A stretch of 64,000 bases of DNA from Mytilus californianus (taxonomy: Eukaryota): assembly GCF_021869535.1 (NCBI RefSeq), contig NW_026262734.1, positions 33,604,001 through 33,668,000 on the forward strand. Reading direction: 5' to 3'. The notes beneath the pieces are model-generated. The model was not told the origin of the DNA and made no database searches. It was given only the letters and a program-made list of their open reading frames with translations. Below are positions 47,076 to 60,877 of this stretch, piece by piece. Numbering within the stretch: position 1 is the first letter of the stretch; each line of letters begins with the position of its first letter. A program made the position numbers and the translations under genes.

Positions 47076-48599
47076 AAGGTTCAGACCTTGCTAAAGAAGA
47101 TACTTTAATGACAAATATGCAACAATGTAACATACAGTTGTTATACTCGGGCCGAGTTTTAAATATTGAATCATTAAACGCTACATGTTGACATCTAGTT
47201 GTTTTTTGTTGGTTTTTTATGCGTTGGGTATCTGTATAATGGACGAATAACCCACTACTCCTTATGTTCACAGACATTGAAAGTCTATATGCGTGTTTCG
47301 AAAGATCAGTTGTATTAAGTTAAACATAAGTTTCGATGTATCATTTTTAACTCATTTACGTTTTGATGTCCCTTTTCGCCAAATTCGACACCGTTGTTGA
47401 TAAATCATATATTTGGCAGACTGGGTAATTGTCTTTCACATTGCTCGTTTTTCTAAGGTATTAAATGTCATTGAAGGAATAACATTTCAATATTATCAAC
47501 ATGATTATACTAACAAAAACACCAAACAACTTTTACGGTTAACTAAATACATCCTTTTTATGTCATTTACCCTTACCCCCGTTTTTGTCAATAAACCAAT
47601 CAAAATGATTTGAAAAACTATGGTCGTTCTAGAAGTTTTTTTTTAGCAGGCAGTAGTCTCAAACAATTTTTGTATACTATTTAAATTTTCGAAAAATAAA
47701 AAACTCCCAGAAAAACGATTTGAGGAAAAAATAACTTATTACAAACTACTAGTAATTAACATATACATGGCTAGTACATGTAGTATACTTATTGCTATGC
47801 AAGTTATGCTGCTGAATCGTTGGATTGAGATTCACACATTATCAACTTAAGTCACAGATAACACATGTAGGTTCTTTCCTGTTTTATTATCCGACTCATC
47901 CAAACAGTAGAAGTGCACAAGTTGAAAAAAAAACCCCAAAAAACCCCGATAAACAAAAAAGTCTACAAAACACGGTATAAAAAACTAAATATTGAACAAC
48001 ACGACACCCCCCCCCCCCCTAATACGGGGCGTGATTAACCGGTTAATCGGTAGTTTAGATCTTATCTACAGTACACTACAAATGCTCGTTTTTAAGATAT
48101 GTTATACTGAAGTTTTCCTTGGGCAGTATAAGGCCTGGCCTTGAGCATTCCTGCTGAAATTTTACTTTAAATAATCCAAAATTACTATATTAACTATGGC
48201 GTTTGTAATAACTACAGATGAAGAAGATGAATATCTTCTTAATCTCGTCGAATTGATAATTTTTGAAACCGTTAATTGTTGCATTTTCTCCGGTGCATCA
48301 GAAAATTCTGTAGTGTAAAATTTAATCAGCTTACAGCAGTTCAAAATACATTTATGCTAATTATGTTTACGAAAGATCTTGCCCCCAGGTGATAATCAAG
48401 TTGTCTTTGTGATAGTTAATTTTGCAGATTTGGAATGTTGTCAAGGTTAACAATAGCAATTAATATATCGGACAATTGATCAGTCAAACTAGTAACCACG
48501 ACGATCATTTCAAAATTCAGCATCATTTATTAATGATTTCAATACAAATGTATATCAAATCTATTAAAATTGATAAAAGGTCCGGTTTATGTTAGCGTT

Positions 48600-48740
48600 T
48601 TTGGTATTCGATATTCGGTCCTTCCAACGGTTAACCAGTGAACTGTTGACAACACTAATACTAACATATCAGCGGTATCTGTGATAAAGATATTTGATAA
48701 AGGTCAACCAACTAGTGTGGGGTCCGTAAAATCCTCGAAG
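48600..48740 (-). mobile_element. Old Penelope-like ORF-end fragment
   Basis: Minus strand GATTTTACGGACCCCACACTAGTTGGTTGACC...TCACAGATACCGCTGATATGTT matches PLE-1 9368-9440. Confidence 0.5.
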
Positions 48741-49167
48741 TAATGAACTTATCTTTACTACTTAAAATATTTTGAATCCTCTATTTCAATGTTAGACCAT
48801 CAGAAGAAAGAATCGGTTTTCATAGGACTGGTAATGTGCAAAATAGGTTTTTCTCTACAAATGAATTCTAAAATCTAATATGCTTTTGAAATACATGAAA
48901 GATATGATGTTTGATCTCTTACTGCACTCATCCTAAATAAATACAACTCGGTAATTTATTTGGCCATCACTGAGATTATTTACAATTCATTGAAAGTGGC
49001 GTGCATGTATCATTATAAATTAGATATTTAAAGATGTATAATCTTTCATCTTTTAAAGTTTACACAAATCAAGTGAATTATAAATCTTTATCATCATTAA
49101 AGCAGTGGAGCATTCCATTATTTGAAAAGAATCAATATTCAAAATATGTGGAAGTGAGTCTGTAAGG

Positions 49168-51111
49168 ATGACCATTCATCTTTCTACTTTTCCTTATAGT
49201 GCAAGGGTTGTCGTATAATTATGTCGAAGATGACATGGACACATTGTTTAACAGAACTGATTTGACATGCCCTTTAACATGTAATAATTGAAGGTTTACA
49301 TGTCATCAGATGTCTTGTTGTTTTTGTAATTCCAAATCAAATATTGAAAACCTGACAAATTTATCAATTTTTATACAAAGAAGGTCAGTATAATTCTTCA
49401 ATTGTGAATCCTGGAGGTAAACATGAACATGAACGTAAACACATTTTAGCAAATGACTTTCATTCGTATTATAGATTTATCATTTAATAAAATCAATTTA
49501 ATGGATCCTGCATTTCTCTTAAACATGAATGGAAGTTTATTTTATCTGCGCTTAGCCTTCAACAATATGTCAACTCTGGATGTCACTAATGGATTGGCAT
49601 CTAAACAGCTGTGTTTTTGTAGGGAAGATTACTCCCACAATGCAATAAAATCAATTGCAAATGAACTATCATGGAAATTTAGAACCAATACCTCCCTAGG
49701 AAACGGAGGAATGGTGGATGCGTCAAATAATTCACTTTCATTGTTTGTGTATGCCAAAACGTTGCGTTTCCTCGGTTTTGAAAGCCCTCTATTTATCGGA
49801 AGATTTTTTTCTAATGGATTTGACGGTAGAGATAATAAATGGAATTGTGATTGTAATATTTATCCATTTGCAATTGCAGCAGAACGACTTGCGCATATAA
49901 TGACACGGGATTATTTCGACGCCTAAATGCCGCTGTATAAATTAACCAGCTATTAGAAATAGGACTGTGATTGAGTGTTCTGCGTCGAATCTTACAATGT
50001 TTTCAAGCGTACTCCCTGATTACAAAGTGTTAGAGGTTGATTGATTAAATAACTACTTACAAAATCTGCAAATTCATTTCAGACATGACTATTACTATGA
50101 CCGTATACGTTTATCAAATGTTTCAAACAACAAAATTCATGTATCACATTTGTTTCGTTTAAGGAAAGCGGAAATAGATTTAAGAGGAAACAATATTTAT
50201 TCATTACGCATATCTATTGGAGAACTTAACCCTTGCAACATTTATCTGGACACTATAATAATGCAATGCACATGTCAAGATATTTGGTTACAACAATGAC
50301 TTCCGCAGAATGATTCAAAATGTAGAAAAATATATAAGTGTTGTGCCGGATTCATGGACAATTAATTTCCATATATATTATGACAAAGAAAGACCTTGGG
50401 TGTAGAATACCAGATACAAATTTCCTATGGATAAGTACAATAATCGTCGATGCGTTCTTTATTGTCGTTTTACTTTCGGTAATACTATGTTTCTTTCGAT
50501 TCGAGATATTCATAATTGGTCGAAAATTCATAAAATATTTTAGGGAGACTACTTATCCTTTGTCATTTTGTTACGACTTATATATTGCGTGCAATGAAAA
50601 AGATGTAAAGATTCGTCTGTGGCTGATATCGAATTTACCTCCAAATCTAGAAGAGCATAAAATGCTTAAGTTGTTTTGGCCCTGAACAGATAGTGAACCA
50701 GGAATAGTCCGGGAAGAGGAAATAATACAAGTGATGTCACGTACTCGAACCTTTATCATCTTTTTGAGTAAAGAATACCACGGACAAATTCGTTGGAATA
50801 AAAAAGAATGGAAACATGCCTGGCACAATTATACACATGATCTGAACAGGGAAATAATCATTGTTAATTACGACCTTCTGGAGGCTAATGCAATTGCAAA
50901 GCGATATTTGGGAGCCTCTCTACGAATAGGACACTTTATTGATTTTTCTAATCATAAGAAGTCGATAGAGGACGAAATAACCATCTTACTAACTAAACAA
51001 AATAATAATTTGAAAAAAAGAAAAAACTATACTCTTTCTGAAAAAGATAATGACAAATCACCATTTTTGAAGCCGTATCCTTTATATTCTGATTTTAAGT
51101 TACGATCTTAG
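49168..51111 (+). pseudogene. psiTLR-A1: full-span pseudogene of TLR-A
   Basis: Homologous from AAGGATG (49168) to the stop at 51111. Premature TGAs at 49289, 50297 and 50683. Deletions correspond to TLR-A about 1930-2120 and about 2600-2715. Confidence 0.93.
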
Positions 51112-52009
51112 TGAGGTAACGAATACCAGCTATGAATGTGTTTGTTTGAAAATTAGTTACTAACGTATTATTTTCTATATATGAATAAATATAATCCGTC
51201 TTGTAAAAGTTGTTTTTCTCATTCTTTTTTTGAAATTATTTGTCAATATATAATATGCTTACATCACAGAGGGGCGTTTATTAAACATATGAAATAGACC
51301 AAGCTAACCAGGAAGACTTTTTAGTCTATTTTTAGATTTTTAACAGCTACATTAAAGTTTGAATTGCTTTAAGTGGGGTATTATATTTCAAACCATCTTG
51401 AATGTAATCACATTTAACATGACATTTATTGAAATTGTTCAAGTAGTTGCAAAATGTACAAGTACCTAACAATAACAGAAACGAATCCCATTGTAAATCA
51501 TATAAGTTACAGTTTTCTCGGTGTTTAAATCAATTTATTAGTTATCTTTTGACATGGATATCATTTCGCCGTGTTTTACCATAAGAAAATATTTCTTACT
51601 ACAGAAATCATAATTATTTTTTTTATCATTTAACTGGATGTAGTAAGTCTCTTAAAAGCGTCTAAACTGATTCTTCGTATTTCAAGAATAAATTAATATG
51701 TTGGGTTGTAATCAGAAAATTTCAAAAAGCTGAAAAGATATCAATGGCAATCAAAAACATCAGGTCGATAAAATACGCAACCAGTCGCACAGTTATTGCC
51801 AATTGGAATACTGCCTGTTTGTTGAAATATCAGTTCAACAAATCGGATAAATGTGTTGTCGAGAATTAATTCTAACATTCTATCATATTCAGTCTATGTG
51901 TTGTTACATTGAGAATGGTTCTGTACAGAAAGTGATATTTCGTGACATGGAACACGAAATTTGTATATAGGATTTTCATTTTTCTAGAAAAGTCACTGTT
52001 TAGCACAAA

Positions 52010-52235
52010 TACTAAATACAAAACTAAAGACTAAGCAACATCAACCCCAACAAAAAGTGAAGTTGATTGCATGTGCTTCAGACTAGTAAGCAGATCTTGC
52101 TCCACACCTTTCGTGGTGTTGCTCATGGTTAGTATTTATTCGGTAATAAGTCTAATTGATGATATCACAAACGAGGAAGGAGGACGTTAATACGACAATT
52201 AGAACATAGCCATGGTCATCTGTGACACAGATATA
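52010..52235 (-). mobile_element. Decayed PLE-1-like 3'-UTR fragment
   Basis: GTAAGCAGATCTTGCTCCACA and AAAACTAAAGACTAAGCAAC are the reverse complement of PLE-1 3'-UTR motifs. Confidence 0.55.
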
Positions 52236-52897
52236 GGTATGAGAAAAGACTGGTAAAGTTTTATCATTGAAGTATCTTGTAATCAGGTATTATTTTCTTT
52301 AATCGAATATTAATAGAAAACATTGCTAATAGTGATAACATTTAAACCGTCATAAGTAAAATTTTAGTTAAAAAAACCTATGTTTTGCAGCATTTTTTGA
52401 AGTAGTATCTAGTTTGAATTATCTCCTTTACTCCAAGAAAATAAAAATGGCAATTCAACCGAGAAATAACTTCCTTTTGTTGATCATAAGTTCAATCAAG
52501 TATGCATGTGTTGTGTCTCAAAACTTCAAAGAAATGGTGAGGATGAAAAGATGCAGAAAACGGGGTTTAATTTTGTCAATTATTAAATAAAAACATGCAG
52601 AAATCAAATTAAGAAGACATGTATGTGTATGCAATCCAAATATTTTAAGTGATTAAAATATATAGGTTCATTATTCTGTCAACGCTGTGATAACCTGGAC
52701 GAAAGCAAACTCGCTCAGTGAACGTAATTTTTAATATTTGGTTCGTAAAAATCACGACAATATCAGCATCACAAAAGAGAGCGCACAACTGATATAAAAA
52801 GGATGGAAGCAAAATTATGATTACAACTGACGTTTGAAAGTCGACAGTAACTTTCTTTCCCTTCAGTACATTGATTATGCCAATTTGCATTATTTAA

Positions 52898-53119
52898 GGG
52901 CAAAAAATATCGTTGAAAATTAGTCAGCTTATTTTCGTTTCAATTAAATATGCTTTTGATTGTGCAATAATCGTAATAATTAGCAAAATGGGTTCTACAT
53001 AACAGCGCTTTGCATACGGTATTACACAACAGTGTGATACGTTACTTATGTAGCGTAGAATTTTTGTCGACGTCACTGTAGACATCAAAAATGTCGTCGA
53101 CAATTTTCTTTTTTTCCCC
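52898..53119. mobile_element. Candidate TTAA-flanked MITE
   Basis: TTAA|GGGCAAAAAA ... TTTTTTCCCC|TTAA. The TIR is only about 10 bp with one mismatch. Confidence 0.35.
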
Positions 53120-54736
53120 TTAAGAACCTTTCACCTGATAGAGCTTGAAAACTATTCATTTTTGAATCGTATTTCAATTTGAAGACAAATGTGGGAAAAA
53201 ACCCAGCAAGTCTTGACAATGTTAAAATATCAGCCGAATTTCACGATTTTCCATTTATTCTTTGTATTTTTGGCGTATCATGCTGTTAATTTCAGCAGTT
53301 CGTATCTCAAAGGGGAAAACGGTTACCCCTATATATTTTTTTTATCTTATTTTAGGTTGTATTTAACAAGCAAAATTCTGTATGTGAAACAAAAAATCTG
53401 TGGAGAAGTTAGTAAAAGACAGTTAATAGAAAAAAGAACTAGTGACACGATCACAAGACGTGTGTGTTTATTCAACTTTTCCGCTCACCAATGGGGAAGA
53501 CATACTATTGTTTGTTTTATATTTTTGGCTTTTCAAACTATAGATTCCGAGATTTTGACACATTAATGAGCTCAAATACCAAGTAGGCAAAATGAAATTG
53601 ACTAATCGACAAACCAAGGCGTTATCAAAATTTTACAAATTAAAATTTTCTGACGTAACTTGACTAAACATTTTCAAATAAGTTGGAACTTTTTGAACAA
53701 ATTTGATTATATTTAAGGCTGTCCTGTGCCGCTCAAATATGTTTCGAGTTTCATAAACTTTTACCTATTTTGTCTCTAGATACATAGCATATTTTTAATC
53801 AACATTTCATAAATATCCGAAAGAACTATTGTTCACTTTACCTTTTTAAATAGCAATGGTGTCAAATATTAAGTAGTATTGGTTGAAAGTTCCCTTACTT
53901 GTCAATGCAAAGCAGTATGTACAGTCGTTGATATTCGTCTTGTTACATCTACATTTATTTAAAAATATAAGAAATGAATGATTTTATTATAACAAAAAGA
54001 TGCAGTATAATTGCTATCAACCAAAGACAGAAGTGACGTAGATGTAATCATCTGTAGGTTACCCTACGGTCTTCAAACCCACACATATAATAATAATCTA
54101 CAAAATGCTTCAAAAATACCAAAAAGCAAAAACAATTTAATTACAAAGCAAATAACAAAAAATAAAAAAATAATAAAACTTAATGGCTTGAATCCTATGC
54201 ATGCATCAGAAGCTGCAAAAATGCATAAGTTAATTATTACACCACCTAGTATGTGTACCCTAGCTCTCATAAAATACGATCATTATGTTGAGAAAAGTAT
54301 ATCTGATCTATGTGTGATACTTAATGTGAAATCTGAAATCATGGTGGTATTTGATAGAACACACTTTATTTAAATCACTTGAGTTTTATAATATCACTAA
54401 AAATATCAATATGGTAAACCAACTGGATATAAGACATCATCGAATACTTCAATTGATACTGTACAGTGTTTTTCTTCATATATGTTTTTCAACAGTAAAT
54501 TAAAAGTAAGTTTAAAATCTTATAATTTCTCAAGGAGTAGGTATGACATCGACACTTGTTATATAAAGTAAGGAAATATGGCATATGTATTAATATGAAA
54601 CCAACAAAAAAGAGACAAAATATTAAAAAACAAATAAACGGTTTCATCAATATAATCGTCACAATGGCTTCTCCTTAGCAGGCATTTGTACATTGTTTAA
54701 TACATCATATTATGAAATTCAAAGGAATCAGAAGAC

Positions 54737-54940
54737 ATCAGAGGGACGATAAGACTCATAAGTCGAAGACAAACTGACAACGCTGAGACAAAAAACAAAA
54801 AACGAAGAAAGACAACCAAAAGTCGACAAACGCAACTAGAAAACTATTGTCTGACCAACGTGAACAGGACCAAAAACCTGTTGAAATCTCATGTGCTCAT
54901 TGAGGGTAAGCATACCCTGTCGATCGTGTACCATCGTTAT
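54737..54940 (-). mobile_element. Decayed PLE-1-like 3'-end fragment
   Basis: CTCATAAGTCGAAGACAAACTGACAACGC matches 14538-14568. GAGGGTAAGCA is also present. Confidence 0.6.
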
Positions 54941-55029
54941 AATCGACGGTAAGTACTCGGCAGAATTCGCACTCATAATAGTCCATGCAGATATGCTTTC
55001 GTTGTTTTCATATTCTACAGACACAAATT

Positions 55030-55345
55030 AAGGATTGACTAAGGTACACAAGTAAAGTTACCTGGACGCTTTCGGTCCTGCAGTAAAGCCCATGCAAAGA
55101 ACTGGTCTTCTTTAACCGACAAGATGTTTTAACATGCAGCAATCCGTAAATTACCTTTTAGAGCATGAATGCATTTGGCCAGGCCAAATTTCTGCCACTT
55201 TCCTTCAGTAACAATGTTCCATCCCACACCCCGCTCCACTTATTTTGAACAACCTACTGGTTTAATGGTTTGATGCTTTGTTAAATTTGTTATCTTTCTG
55301 ATTATGCATACCATATTTGTCACTGGACGTTCGAGAAACAGAAAC
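55030..55345 (+). mobile_element. Decayed relative of the 38682-39124 SINE
   Basis: GGCCAAATTTCTG...TATGCAT...ATTTGTCACTGGACGTT parallels 38920-39085. Confidence 0.5.
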
Positions 55346-56049
55346 TAACTTAAAAACCTTATTGAAGTGTCGAGCTCCTTTTGCATATTAATGTAGTTTT
55401 ATAGCAAAATTTAAACGAATCAGATTTTTTGAAATGGTTTAGATAGTCATTTGTCCGCGACGTTTTCTAAATGTACTGGCAGTAAAATAGAAAATCACGC
55501 CTGACTGCAAGGTACTTACAACCAGTAACGAATGATTTCATAATGTTTATTGCTAGACATAAATGTGTTTAATAGGTGATTAACAATAACGCCTCAGTGA
55601 CGTATATCCAACATTAATATTTTCCTGTAAATGTTGTAAAATTTTGTATGAAATGCTTTTTTTCGTGGTCTTATTTGCTTTTCGTTGTTTTATCATATGA
55701 GTTTGTCATTGTGTTTACATTAATTAAGGGCATGTTATAATTTCTCATCTTCGTCATTATTGCCAATATTGCAAGAAAGTGAAGAGCGATATAGCTTCTT
55801 TTTGTCAACGCTATATTTTTTTCTAATTTACATGAAAGAGTTTAATGCAAAAGGTCAAGCGTTTCTCAGACTTATTATCACATCTTTACACTAAATCCGT
55901 TGGATGTGTAATGATTTATAGGTTATTCTGAGAGAACATGATTAATTTATTAATTGTAATTAGCTTCGACTTTTATGTTAGTTTTTTTTTCGTTGTTTTT
56001 ATTTATTTTTTGGCTCAATTTGTAACTTATTTTTACAGTTTGTTCTTAT

Positions 56050-56410
56050 GTTGTGCTGTTACAACACTGTCCCAGGTTAGGAGGAGGGTTAAACCCTCAC
56101 AAACATGTTTCTCCCCGCCACATTCTTTAATTGCTTTGTCCCATGTCAGAACACAGTTGTTGTCCTTGGATTATGTCTGACATGTTTTATTTTTGTAAAT
56201 TGAATTGCTATAAATTAAGCCGTTGGATTTCTCGTTCGAATGGTTTACATTTTTCTTGTCAGGGTGTTCTATAAGTGGCTATATGGTATGGATTTACTCA
56301 TTGTTGAAAGTCGTACGGCGACCTATAAATGCTTTCCTCCACATCATTAGAACTCTATTGGATTGTTATCTCATTGCAGTCATACCACCTCTCCTTATTT
56401 GTATATTAAT
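56050..56410 (+). mobile_element. Older family-A relative
   Basis: Same motif order as family A (AAGCCGTTGG..TTCTCGTTCGAATGGTTT...TTGTTGAAAGTCGTACGG.GACCTATA...GTTATCTCATTG). Confidence 0.6.
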
Positions 56411-56649
56411 ATTGTATGGAACATTTATCAAATCAATTGACTAGAAATCGAAGGACTGACTTCAAATATGATGTTATTTGCTTAAAAATGTACTTGTTTT
56501 GAAAATTGTAGCATTGTTAAGCATAACAAACAGTATTGTGTGACACATTACGTCGTTCAGTTCATGTTCTTTTTCTTATTTTGTAATCAAGTAAGGTTCA
56601 AACCTCACAATTACATGTTGGCTTATTCTGTCATTTCATAACGTCATAA

Positions 56650-57819
56650 CATGGAAGTATTATATTGACAGGAACTCCAACGAAAAATTAGCACATTCCC
56701 ATCCCACTGATTTCTTGAAGAAAATAAAAGGTTCCGACTCAGTTTGTCAAGTACGTGCTAACTCCTTTGTGGGATATCTGCGATGCCGCCTTCGCCTATT
56801 CTGTTAACTGAAGCTGGTCTTATCACGTGATTTGGTATCGAGTGTCTTATCTACCTACCAATGTAAATAAACACGGAAACTCCCGTGGTTATTTGTGAAT
56901 CGTCAAAGTAATAACGACACCTGTTTCCGTTCAATAAATAAAGACAAAAGCTGAAAAGATCGAAAAATCGGTTCATATTTAACAGAATGACATAAGAAAA
57001 TTAACTGCATTCGGAAAGAGGGAAAGCTTATTTTTAATATGTTTTAATCATTGAAACTTGGAAATCGGGAAATATCTGATATTAAAAATTACATGTACTT
57101 AAAGTCGGGTGCTTGCAGAAAACAATGTGATGCACGTGTAGTGTGCCAGATGGTGCCGGATAGCTTAAATTTAAGTTTTAAGGTTGTTAATTTTTATCGA
57201 ATGTTACAAGAAAATTTATTGTTTTCTTTATCGTCTCAATTTGAAAAAATGTTACTAACGTATTTAACAAATATGTTTAAAAAACTAAAAGAGCTTTATA
57301 ATTACACGCACGTGATGACCTTTACATAGCAATATCAGGTTACGAGACAGATGAATTGTTACACCTTTTATAATAAGTCCAAAGTTGTAAACAAACCTTA
57401 AACATTCAACCTAGTCCGAGATTACTCTGACGTCTGACAGATATTTTTACGAATGGCGTTTATTAATTCTGGATCGGCATTTAAAGAAATTTGTTTTTTT
57501 TTGGTTTTTTTTTTGTGAAAACAGTCGCGGGTATTTCGTTTCTTTGTATTTGTTTTTACGCAGCACAACCGGAAAAACTGACATATTTTTAACTGACATG
57601 GTCGGTTAATGTCGTTTCCTTGACAATTAAGTACACATCCTGTTATTTAGGTATGTTCCGTAATTACGATCAATCACGAGGTTCCAAAAATTTGATCGGA
57701 ACCCATGCATCCATATGACTGGTCGAGTTAATTAACAAATACTTAACGATTTAGCGGCATCGCATTATAAACGTTTGAAGTCCGCTTGTTGGAGTTCCTG
57801 TTAATATAATACTTCCATG
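56650..57819. mobile_element. 1170-bp non-autonomous DNA transposon with CATG termini, 32-bp TIRs and a 7-bp TSD (P-superfamily-like)
   Basis: Left TIR CATGGAAGTATTATATTGACAGGAACTCCAAC (56650-56681) versus right TIR (57788-57819) matches 31/32. GTCATAA is duplicated at 56643-56649 and 57820-57826. Confidence 0.88.
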
Positions 57820-58044
57820 GTCATAACAAGAAAGCATTAAAACGTTTTAATTCATTATATTCCACCAATTCTTTTGGCATGAAAAGAACGGTAACTCGTC
57901 AGTAACAAAGACTTATCTTATTTCATCAATGTTAGAATATCTTCTTCAATTCTATTATCAAAATTCGAGAAGTTAATTACCTTTCTTAAAGTAAAAAACC
58001 CTCGAAAGAACTTCTTTACAGCATCATCGCATGTAACAACTACT

Positions 58045-60877
58045 TCCAAAAATGAGGAAATGTAGAATTCGCCAATAAAGGTTTAGATGCTATCAATATT
58101 AGCAATATTTTCCACCAGAATTCTGTACAAAAAACTTTACCTGATTACTTCAAAAATAAAGGTACACCTGCAATTTCATATACTTACACCAAGTCTATTG
58201 CATCCAAGATTTTCAACCATAAGAGGGTTTTAGAGGCCTTTAACCTCAAAGCTGTGAAATCTAAACCTCCGGATTGCTCATGTGCATCGTCAAAATACAA
58301 TTATAGTCCAGTTCGTCATGTTAATACTGGCGACCTTGGCATCGTTACCAATGAACAACTAAGAGAGTTGTTAGCCAAGGGACCAAAATACAGAATCCCC
58401 CAGCCCATCAACTGGAACAAGAACTTCAGGTTACTAGTGAATGCAGTTGAGGACTATGCTAGAAAATGGATAAAGCGCGAACCAGACGAACCAGAACAGG
58501 ACACTTCGTCTGAATGGATCAAAGCTATTAGATCATGTATTCAGAAGCGCATTCAGAAACTACGATGTCCTATGAGCACAAGGGTTTCTAACCCATTCAA
58601 GAATCCGGAGGTTGTGGATGCTTTATCCTCTTTGCATGACAAATATGTCGTTGTTCCAGCAGATAAAGCCTCCAATAATATTGTCTTCGTATGTAAAAAC
58701 CATTATTTGCAATGTCTCACAAAAGAGCTTGGAATAAACAGCACAACTGGTAATCCTACATATTCGTTAACATCATTTACAAAGGATGAAATTTTACAAA
58801 ATCACAAATCTGTCCTTCTTTCATTTGGTATTAACATCAAAGAAAACAAAGAAAATCAACCGTCATTATGCTGGATACCAAAACTTCACAAAACTCCGTA
58901 TAAAGAACGATACATAGCTGGATCATCAAGATGTTCGACTAACCATCTTTCTTAAGTGTTGACTACTATTCTTTCTACAATAAAAAATGGCTTTCAAAAA
59001 TATTATGATGAGATATATTCAACCAGTGGTGTCAATCAGATGTGGATTCTCAAAAATTCTAAAGATCTTTTGCTAAATCTTAGATCACAATCTCTGCAAT
59101 TTTGCAGCAACATTAACTTTTGATTTTTCTACGCTTTACACTACTATTCCCCATGCTCAATTAAAAGATCGCCTTCACCATCTCATTAAACAGAGCTTTT
59201 TCTATAAAAATGGGAATCGTATATATAAATTTCTTGTTTTGGGTTATAATAATTCAAATTTTGTGAAGAACCACACTGATTCTATCAGGAAATACAGTGA
59301 AGATGATATTATCAAAATGCTGGACTTTTTAATCGACAATATATTTGTTGAGTTTGGAGGATTGATATTTCAACAGACAGTCGGTATTCCAATGGGTACT
59401 AATTGTGCACCCCTTCTGGCCGACTTGTGTTTATACTCGTATGAAGCAGAATTCATTCAGAACCTTCTAAAAGACAAAACGAAAAAGCACCTTGCAAAAT
59501 TCTATAATTTTACTTTCAGATATATTGATGATGTCCTATCACTGAATAACCCATATTTCAGTCAGTACTTGCATCTCATATATCCCAGTGAACTTGAAAT
59601 TAAGGATACTACTGATACAATAAGGACTGCTTCATACCTTGATCTTTTCCTCAATATTGACACAGATGGATGACTTCACACTAAAATCTATGACAAACGG
59701 GATGATTTCAACTTCCAAATTATCAATTTTCCCATTTCTCAGCAGTAACAATCCCTCTGCTCCGTCGTATGTTGTTAACATGTCTCAATTGATACGTTAT
59801 GCTCGTGCATGTTCACACTATACTGACTTCATATACAGGAGTGTGCTCCTTACGCAGCAAATGCTCCAACAGAGTTATGAGGAAGAAAGATTAAAAATGA
59901 CACTCCGTAAATTTTATGGACACCATCACGAATTGGTTGATCTATACGATGTGTCTAAACTATATAATGACATTTTTAACCACGTCTTAGATTGTGGTTT
60001 AACATCTATGTTGTCTGTCTGTTTAGTACCAAACGTGACCTATTCCCGAATATGACTGTTATACCGAGTGTGAATTTGCATTGCTATACGACGTGTCTCG
60101 GTATTTTGTACATCCAACATTCATGTACTTATTTTTGATGTGTCTGTTATGGTTTCGGTTGAATAATGTGTTATGTCCTATCGTTTGTTGTCCAAATAAT
60201 TATAAAATTGCCTTTCAATACATCATTGTCATATTTCCGAATATGACTGTTATACCGAGTGTGAATTTGCCTTACTATACGACGTGTCTCGGTATAATTA
60301 AATAAATAATTATTAAAGTGCCTTTCAATACCATCATTGTCATGAAAACTGTTTGGACGAGTATTGTGAAAATAATTGTATAAAGTTCGAGATTGCATGT
60401 TAGTTACGTAAGCGCGTCACTGTTTTTGATATCCTGTGGAGTTAATGGAATATGTTCGTTGTTGTTCTGCGGTTTGCATGTTGTGTCGACTATTACATTA
60501 TTTGTTTGTACGTTTCTCTGTGATGAATGTTCTTACGTGTGTTTGTGCTGTATTTCTGTCACGTAGTATTGTCATTTTAGCGAAATTTTTTAACATTGTC
60601 ATAAAGCGGGAGGTTTGGCTAGCTATTAAACCAGGTTCAACCCACCATTTTGTCTTAAAATGTCCTGTACCAAGTCAGGAATATGGCAGTTGTTATCAAA
60701 TAGTTCGTTTCTATGTATGTTGGTGTTTGTTTTTGTTTCACTTCAGTGTTCCTGTTGTTCATTTGTTTACATCTTATAGTTGATGTGTTTCTCTCGGTTT
60801 TAGTTTGTAACCCGGATTTGTTTTCTCTTAATCGATTTAAGACTTTTGAACACCGGTATACTACTGTTGCCTTTATT
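58045..60877 (+). mobile_element. PLE-2: 5'-truncated Penelope-like retroelement (Naiad-type CxC linker plus RT) with a long 3' tail
   Basis: FANKGLDAINIS, KSKPPDCSC, WIPKLHKTPYKERYIAGS, GIPMGTNCAPLLADL, FRYIDDVL and RKFYGHHHELVD. Stops at 58953 and 59671 and a frameshift near 59110. It ends GTATACTACTGTTGCCTTTATT. Confidence 0.88.

Noticed and set aside
53065-53102. 8-bp inverted repeat TGTCGACG...CGTCGACA as a Helitron 3' hairpin
   Set aside because: The loop is long, and no CTRR end or TC start was found at suitable distances.
58953-59673. In-frame stops in PLE-2 as possible selenocysteine recoding (known for some clam and spider Naiads)
   Set aside because: One stop is TAA. The TGA at 59671 falls where Arg (CGA) is expected in DGRLHTK, which fits CpG decay. 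Frameshifts are also present and no SECIS-like fold was recognised.
7345-60877. PLE-1 and PLE-2 as one insertion copied by the segmental duplication (both lie between an A-type and a B-type gene)
   Set aside because: They have different 3' tails and extensive third-position divergence, and PLE-2 sits inside a TLR body. They are independent insertions.
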